From: Dehalococcoidia bacterium
GTDB lineage: Bacteria; Chloroflexota; Dehalococcoidia; Lucifugimonadales; VXLM01
Assembly (NCBI GenBank): GCA_963662435.1
Contig: OY759598.1
Coordinates: 682,001-712,506 of the forward strand
DNA: 30,506 nucleotides
Direction: 5' to 3'
Shown here: piece after piece, positions 25,291 through 30,506 of the stretch
Numbering within the stretch: position 1 is the first letter of the stretch
Layout of the letters: every line of letters begins with the position of its first letter
Translations under genes and position numbers: made by a program
The notes under the pieces: model-generated
Told to the model about the DNA's origin: nothing
Seen by the model: the letters and a program-made list of their open reading frames with translations, nothing else
The model's database searches: none

Positions 25291-27654
25291 TTATTTGGCA
25301 AACCTCACAGGAGCCAGTGCGCGATTCAGATTGGTGACAGTCCTAGGCATGTCTCGTAAGACGTCTCGTACCGAAATCGAGGCCGTAATGTCAATGTGCG
25401 CATAGTGGGTGCGAGAATCCTCTATTCTCCACCCGGAGTTGGAAAGAATTTCACGTGACTGCTCCATTGCTGGCTCAATCCACTTACCCAAGTGACGCCT
25501 ACCTTGAACACCTGGCAATCCCCAACTGATTGACACGAACACACTCCTTTCAGATTCGTCTCCACGTATCTTAAGCATTACGCCAGAAGCTGCCTCGGTT
25601 ACCGCTGAAAGCTGATCGGCATCCCATTCGTACTCCGGGCTGAATTCACACCTGGCTGCTAATTCTTCGGCGACGAGTTCAGCCGACCGAAGAGAACTTG
25701 GATTTAGTACAGTATCGTGGAGACGCTGGAGCTCCACATGTATTTGCGTCATATCCCAACGCTCGGACTGACTGTGTAGTGTGGCAAAACTGATTAGCCG
25801 AGCAAACCTCTTGGGAAGCGAAACCCACTGATCACATGGACGTCTAGTTGCCATGTCATTGAGAGTGTCGCTCCATCCACCATGGAGGTGCTGATCTGGC
25901 ACAGGGTCCTTCCCGCTCATCATGAAGTATAGAACCATGCCCAGGCCGAAGGAATCCACGGCAGTATGCCTTGTAGAAACTCCTGGAATATCTTGTATCT
26001 GCTCAGGCGCAAGGTAGCCAAGAACGGTAGCTCCATGGGTGACTGACTTTTCCAATGCTCCTTTATGCCAGGAAAGGTCGAAGTCGAGAACTACAACGTC
26101 CCATTCCTGCTGATCGGTGTAGAATCCACGCAACATGACGTTGGAGGGACGAATGTCCCGATGCAACACTCTTTCCGGAAGGAGATGTCCTCTCCGAACT
26201 ATTTCGGCAATCTCCGAGCCAATTCTTAGGATTAAGTCCCATTCTGAAACCTGCGTAGAAGCTACTGCATCTCCAAGGTCGGGACCGTCTATCCAGTCCA
26301 TCACTACGAATGCGGGGATCTCAAATGCCTTCCGGTAAGGGACCATACCCTGAACATCGTTATCACTTAATATTTTCATAGACCGTACGCCTCTGCGGAA
26401 GGCGTGGAAGAGATCCTCATTTTGGCGCATTTCTTCGTGGAGTACTTTGACAGCTACCTTGTTGCCATTAGCATCCGAGGCACAGTAAACCTTCCCAAAT
26501 GCGCCACTGGCTATTTCTTCATGGAGGACGTGTCCCAGCAAAGTATTGCGCCCACACGAGGCACTCGTGTACCAAGCTCGATAAATTGCCTCATCATAGT
26601 TTAGGGAGAATCGTTCATAGTCTTGATTCGCTTTTGGCGATGAAGAGTTCAGGATCCGCGTTGCTTCTTGATTGAGCGCGTTTCTAATGCCTTCAGCGTC
26701 CATCGTCACTAGGTCATCCTGGCTCGGGAGAGTTTCACTGGAAGGTGCCAGACCCTCTGGCACTAAAGGAACTGCAACAGCTAGATCGTCTTCTGACACA
26801 TAGCTGACTAAGTCGTCGAACGCCCCTAACAATTCTGAATGATCTCCGTCAGGGGCGTTGTACTGAATTATGCGAATGCTTCTTTTCTCGGCCCACTGGT
26901 TCGTTTTATAGTCACGACGGTGGGTGAACCAATAGTGTGGCCCCACGTCGAATTCTGAAAGTTGATCAAGGAAGCCGCCCACTGCAATGTCATCGGCGCT
27001 AATGCCGACAAGCACTACGGTCTTGGTAGAAAGGCAACTTGTGATGAAGTTACGATAGCCAGTATCTTTGAGCCTGTAAGCGAGGTCGGAAGACGTCAGA
27101 ATCCAACTAGAGGAGTCATCCACATCACCGTGTAACTGACATATGAACGGATTCAGGCTCTTTAGTACATGAGAATAACTAGCGACTTGGCTTCCGACGA
27201 ACTCAGTTAGTACAGGTCCAGGGTTCAGGTTGGTGTATGACTTTGCCGCAAGTCTGTCGAGGTTTAGTGTAAGCAAACCATGAGGCTCTAGCTGCCATAG
27301 TTTCCTATACAGTGCTGGAGGATCGACGGAGGCTGACGTTAAGAGACTTTCTCTAATGAGCGCTCGCCAAGTAGTGGCACCGAGCGTGTCTCTCAGCAAT
27401 CTGAATGCTCGCCAGTTATTCGGCTCTCCTTGAATTAGGTGGACTGTTCTCTGAAGGCTTCCCCTTTCTGCTACTTCAAGCTGGCCAATCCGCTCATTGA
27501 CAGCCTTAATCAGAATAGTTCTGAGTTTATTCCATGTTGGCAACCCCGCATCCGCACTTAAGCCTGATCCAGTCCAGAATACTACACCAGAGGTGTGCTC
27601 AGCGATTATGTCTCTCAGTGATTTATAGGCACTTTGGTTTGTGTCGAAAGCCAA
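25291..27654 (-). CDS. SIR2-like NADase domain fused to a Ser/Thr protein kinase domain (about 787 aa)
   Basis: SIR2: VFWTGSGLSADAGLPTW, LTLNLD, QLHGD, LVGISADD. Kinase: IASGAFGKVY, VAVKVL, HRDIRPSNV, DFD, YLAPEQ, DSFGLG. Start moved to the TTG at 27654 (GGAAGGAG RBS); the 27885 start lies inside the IS. Confidence 0.85.
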   Translation of the reverse strand: MAFDTNQSAYKSLRDIIAEHTSGVVFWTGSGLSADAGLPTWNKLRTILIKAVNERIGQLEVAERGSLQRTVHLIQGEPNNWRAFRLLRDTLGATTWRALIRESLLTSASVDPPALYRKLWQLEPHGLLTLNLDRLAAKSYTNLNPGPVLTEFVGSQVASYSHVLKSLNPFICQLHGDVDDSSSWILTSSDLAYRLKDTGYRNFITSCLSTKTVVLVGISADDIAVGGFLDQLSEFDVGPHYWFTHRRDYKTNQWAEKRSIRIIQYNAPDGDHSELLGAFDDLVSYVSEDDLAVAVPLVPEGLAPSSETLPSQDDLVTMDAEGIRNALNQEATRILNSSSPKANQDYERFSLNYDEAIYRAWYTSASCGRNTLLGHVLHEEIASGAFGKVYCASDANGNKVAVKVLHEEMRQNEDLFHAFRRGVRSMKILSDNDVQGMVPYRKAFEIPAFVVMDWIDGPDLGDAVASTQVSEWDLILRIGSEIAEIVRRGHLLPERVLHRDIRPSNVMLRGFYTDQQEWDVVVLDFDLSWHKGALEKSVTHGATVLGYLAPEQIQDIPGVSTRHTAVDSFGLGMVLYFMMSGKDPVPDQHLHGGWSDTLNDMATRRPCDQWVSLPKRFARLISFATLHSQSERWDMTQIHVELQRLHDTVLNPSSLRSAELVAEELAARCEFSPEYEWDADQLSAVTEAASGVMLKIRGDESERSVFVSISWGLPGVQGRRHLGKWIEPAMEQSREILSNSGWRIEDSRTHYAHIDITASISVRDVLRDMPRTVTNLNRALAPVRFAK

Positions 27655-27772
27655 TTCAACTCCTTCCCTTTCAGGCAGGGTACTCACTCTCTTAACCATC
27701 GCAGCATGTTGACCGGTATTTCCCATATCGGGAGTCTTCTGGCTCAATGGGTAGTCCAAACGAGATGATGGC

Positions 27773-27801
27773 ATGATATCGGGTCCTGCAAGGCCATTCA
27801 A
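27773..27801 (-). promoter_or_regulatory. Outward-facing sigma70-like promoter in the IS1380 end
   Basis: Minus strand TTGAAT, 17-bp spacer, TATCAT, pointing at the SIR2-kinase gene. Confidence 0.5.
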
Positions 27802-27963
27802 TCTCCGGTCTAACCTATAAGGGATGCGATTCTCGCCGTGAACTATGCTTCTTGTCCATCTTTGTCGTCTTCGGGCCTCCGCCAATGGGGTGAAAGCGCA
27901 GTGAAGACAAGCCCACTCCCAGGAACGCTCTCCCTCTTGGCAAAATCGTGGTTATACCCTCCC

Positions 27964-29253
27964 TCAGCTTGGCGCCGGCGATAACCGGCCGATACGATCC
28001 AACACTCCCTCGAACAACCGTCGAGGAACCGACACCTCGGATAACTGGAAGATCAACCGCCGGGAGTGTCGCACCAGACGACCGCCCATCTTGATCAGCT
28101 TGACCTGCACGCTCCGCAGCGACCAGTGCTTGAACGCCAGAATGAACAGAGACAGACGCACCCGGTTGGCCACGAATCGATGGAAGGACAGCCGAGTCCA
28201 GTTCAGCGCGTACTTCCCTTCCTTGATCCACTGCTCGGCTGTCCCTCTACCATTGTAGAATCGCACCACTCCTTCGGGGACTACCGTCATGTTCGTGAAG
28301 ATGAAGCCCACCCGAGGGAACAGCTCTCCCTGATACCACTCCACCTTGGCCACCACACGCCGAGCGCGGTCCCCACTCTCAGCACGATACCAAAAGTCGT
28401 CGTACAGGATCACTGGACGCTTCGGCGGCCTCCCCACAGGTCGTATCAGCAGTGGAGCGATCTCGCATTGCAGCACCTTGTTGCTCGGCAGCCGTATTGC
28501 GTAGAAGACTCGCTGCTCCTCCAGGTACTCATTGATGTCCGGCTTAGCGAATGCGGCATCGGCGCGAAAGTACCGTCGCACTCCTGTCGACCCGTAGCGG
28601 GAAAGGATCGGTTCCAGCACCTGCCTCCACATGTGTGCACTAGGTACGTTCCCCGCACGGAGCATCGCGCCCTCGCAGTCACCGAACTGGTTGAACACGA
28701 ACAAAGGGTGATAGCACGTGCTCCCAAAGTGAGCGTTGTACGATGCTCCCTCCTGTTCTCCATGCACCGGGCTCTCCGAACTGTCCATGTCCAAGATCAC
28801 CCGCCGGTGCGGCGTGCGGGACATAGCTCTATCCACCCACTTAGCATTCAGTCGATCCAACCCCTCCAAGTTGCCGTCTTGGGTGAGCACCTCGGTCTCG
28901 AACCGGCTCATGGTGTTGGTGCTGGCGGCCGGTCTCTCAGGACCATCTCGCCGTCCAACGATGACCCGCATCGTCGGATCGTCGGCCAACCGTTCAGCGT
29001 CGTTGGTATCCTTGTAGCCTGCCAGACGACTGTACACCGACTGCCTGAGGAGGCCCACCAATCGGTGCTGGACGTTACGACCGCCCCGACTCTCCTACAG
29101 ACACTCATTCTCCGTCTCCGTCAGTCCCAGTGCATCATCCAACTCGCGACAGGCCAACAGTCCGGCGTCTGAGGTGATGGTGGCGCCGCGAAACTCCAAC
29201 CGTACACGTCGGTCGAAACGGAGCGTGGCGCGGGGGCTGGTGCTTTCACCCAT
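27964..29253 (-). pseudogene. IS1380-family DDE transposase with an in-frame TAG
   Basis: [47 protein letters not shown] at 29095-29097 where the other copy reads CAG. Probable short in-frame deletion near LAFKHW. Confidence 0.88.
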
Positions 29254-29949
29254 TGGGTGCCTCCAGAGTAGGTACGTTATCAAGAACTAAAGCTGTCGAT
29301 CATGACCAGCATAGCACTCATGATAACTGATATGATCCGTTATTCAGCTATAACGGTCGCCTATGTTGCTGATAACGGCACGCCATGCAGGGTTGATATG
29401 GGAAATGTGGGGTATAAATGCAGGCATACACGGCGTGTGGTTTCCACATATGAGCTATGGCGAGTGATGTTGTCCGCTGCACAGGACGAACAGTTTCACG
29501 CACCATAAATCCAATTCAAGCAGGGATACCAGGACCTTGTCCCAAACCATGCCCTCCATCAATGTCAAGCCACCAAAGTAGACATGGTACTGGGCATCAG
29601 CACTCTTACCAAGTGTCCACCAACGTGCCGATCAACTGCTCTACTAGCAGAACCCGTTCGCGGCAGCTGGCGTCGTCTCTGACCAGCTTCACGCGAGTCT
29701 GATGGGCAGACTTGGCTCCCTTCAATGCGGTCCAAAGCACCTGCTCAGACTGTTGGCGAACCAGACGTTGGGGGTGCACAGAGATCGAATTGAGGAGTGT
29801 TGCCGGCCTGCCATGCCTTAGCCGTGGCTGCCTCGAAATCGCCTGCGCTAATCACACGAAGCCCGTCATAGAGCAGGTACCGGAAGCGAAAGGTCTGGCC
29901 ATGCAAGCGTTTGGCTGAGTCTGAGGCATCGCCGTGCCGCACACATTTG

Positions 29950-30506
29950 TCAGCCACGGTGGTTTAGGCCGAATATCCTCTCTTCACGCTCACTCTCAGC
30001 GGCGCGGTCCCGAAAGTTGCTGAAGATTCTCATGCCTGCATCGATAATCTCGCCACGGCGGTTATCGTTCTTGTGATCGAGATTCGAGTAAGCATCGACT
30101 TTCTCTTGCCAATTGTGACTGTCTTCGCCTGACCACAGGCTCTCGGAGGACGTGGTGGCGCCCACAATCGCCTCCGGCCGCCATCCACGGTTGAGAGCGA
30201 ACAATGCCTGTTCCATCCAAGGCTCGCTCGGTCCGCGTCGCAGACTCACCCAGTGAATGTCCTTGAGATCAGATCGATCAAGTAGGGCCTCCATAGTGTC
30301 GAGGTCCGTCCCCACGAGTTCTGTCACGACATCTTCCAGAGGGTACGATACCGTGTGGGCGGGAATCGCTTCGATCAGGTTTCTGCGAACCCCCATAGGC
30401 AACCCGCGGATCCCCTCTACCAAGGCATGCGGTAGAATTCTTTGGGCGGTCGAACCGCTCTCCAATCGGCCATACCAGGCGCAAAGCCATTCGGCGAATA
30501 GGGCGG
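29950..30506 (-). CDS. C-terminal part of a hypothetical, probably alpha-helical protein entering from the right edge
   Basis: Frame is open to the window edge (ALFAEWLCAWYGRLESG...LWSGEDSHNW...AESEREERIFG). Function not assignable. Confidence 0.6.
   Translation of the reverse strand, partial: ALFAEWLCAWYGRLESGSTAQRILPHALVEGIRGLPMGVRRNLIEAIPAHTVSYPLEDVVTELVGTDLDTMEALLDRSDLKDIHWVSLRRGPSEPWMEQALFALNRGWRPEAIVGATTSSESLWSGEDSHNWQEKVDAYSNLDHKNDNRRGEIIDAGMRIFSNFRDRAAESEREERIFGLNHRG

Larger units (their letters stand above)
27713..29411 (-). mobile_element. IS1380-family element, probably inactive
   Basis: Imperfect IRs CCGGTATTTCCCATATC (27713) and GATATGGGAAATGTGGG (to 29411). No TSD found; ends uncertain by 1-2 bp. 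Confidence 0.8.

Noticed and set aside
12501..27654. Calling a SIR2-HerA system
   Set aside because: The two genes are over 10 kb apart, and HerA is coupled to NurA.
27655..27885. 77-aa N-terminal extension of the SIR2-kinase ORF
   Set aside because: Mostly inside the IS1380 end; a better RBS precedes the TTG at 27654, though the ATG at 27699 is also possible.
28066..29172. 368-aa plus-strand ORF
   Set aside because: Antisense shadow of the IS1380 transposase.
1474..29411. Active composite transposon bounded by the two IS1380 copies
   Set aside because: The copies are diverged, both are disrupted, the left one lacks its distal end, and no flanking TSD is seen.
29412..29949. Short ORFs between the IS1380 and the edge gene
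   Set aside because: No consistent frame, RBS or motif.

Overview
GC-rich bacterial window; the gene content suggests a Chloroflexota-like host, which is inference only. The left 5 kb holds a 3'-truncated beta-propeller hydrolase-like gene and a decayed IS1380-family remnant. That remnant is split by an intact-ended 2.65-kb IS1595-family element (37-bp perfect IRs, 8-bp TSD CTTCCGAG) carrying a DNA methyltransferase-HNH fusion frameshifted at a G9 tract, plus a small AT-hook ORF. A tRNA-Ala/tmRNA-type 3'-end fragment at 5011-5031 with adjacent direct repeats marks the probable boundary of an integrated defence island. The island contains a minus-strand six-gene cluster (NurA nuclease, HerA ATPase, SPPY methyltransferase, sacsin-like GHKL ATPase/DUF3883 nuclease, CD-NTase, HEPN) that I cannot match to a named system and rank as the best candidate for an undescribed defence system. 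It also carries a metzincin lipoprotein, a VapBC-type TA pair, DUF262 and glycosyltransferase remnants, a type IIG-like RM fusion, a tandem aspartic protease, an amber-interrupted replication-relaxation gene and a SIR2-Ser/Thr kinase fusion behind a second IS1380 with an outward-facing promoter. All domain calls come from motif reading by eye; no database searches were run.
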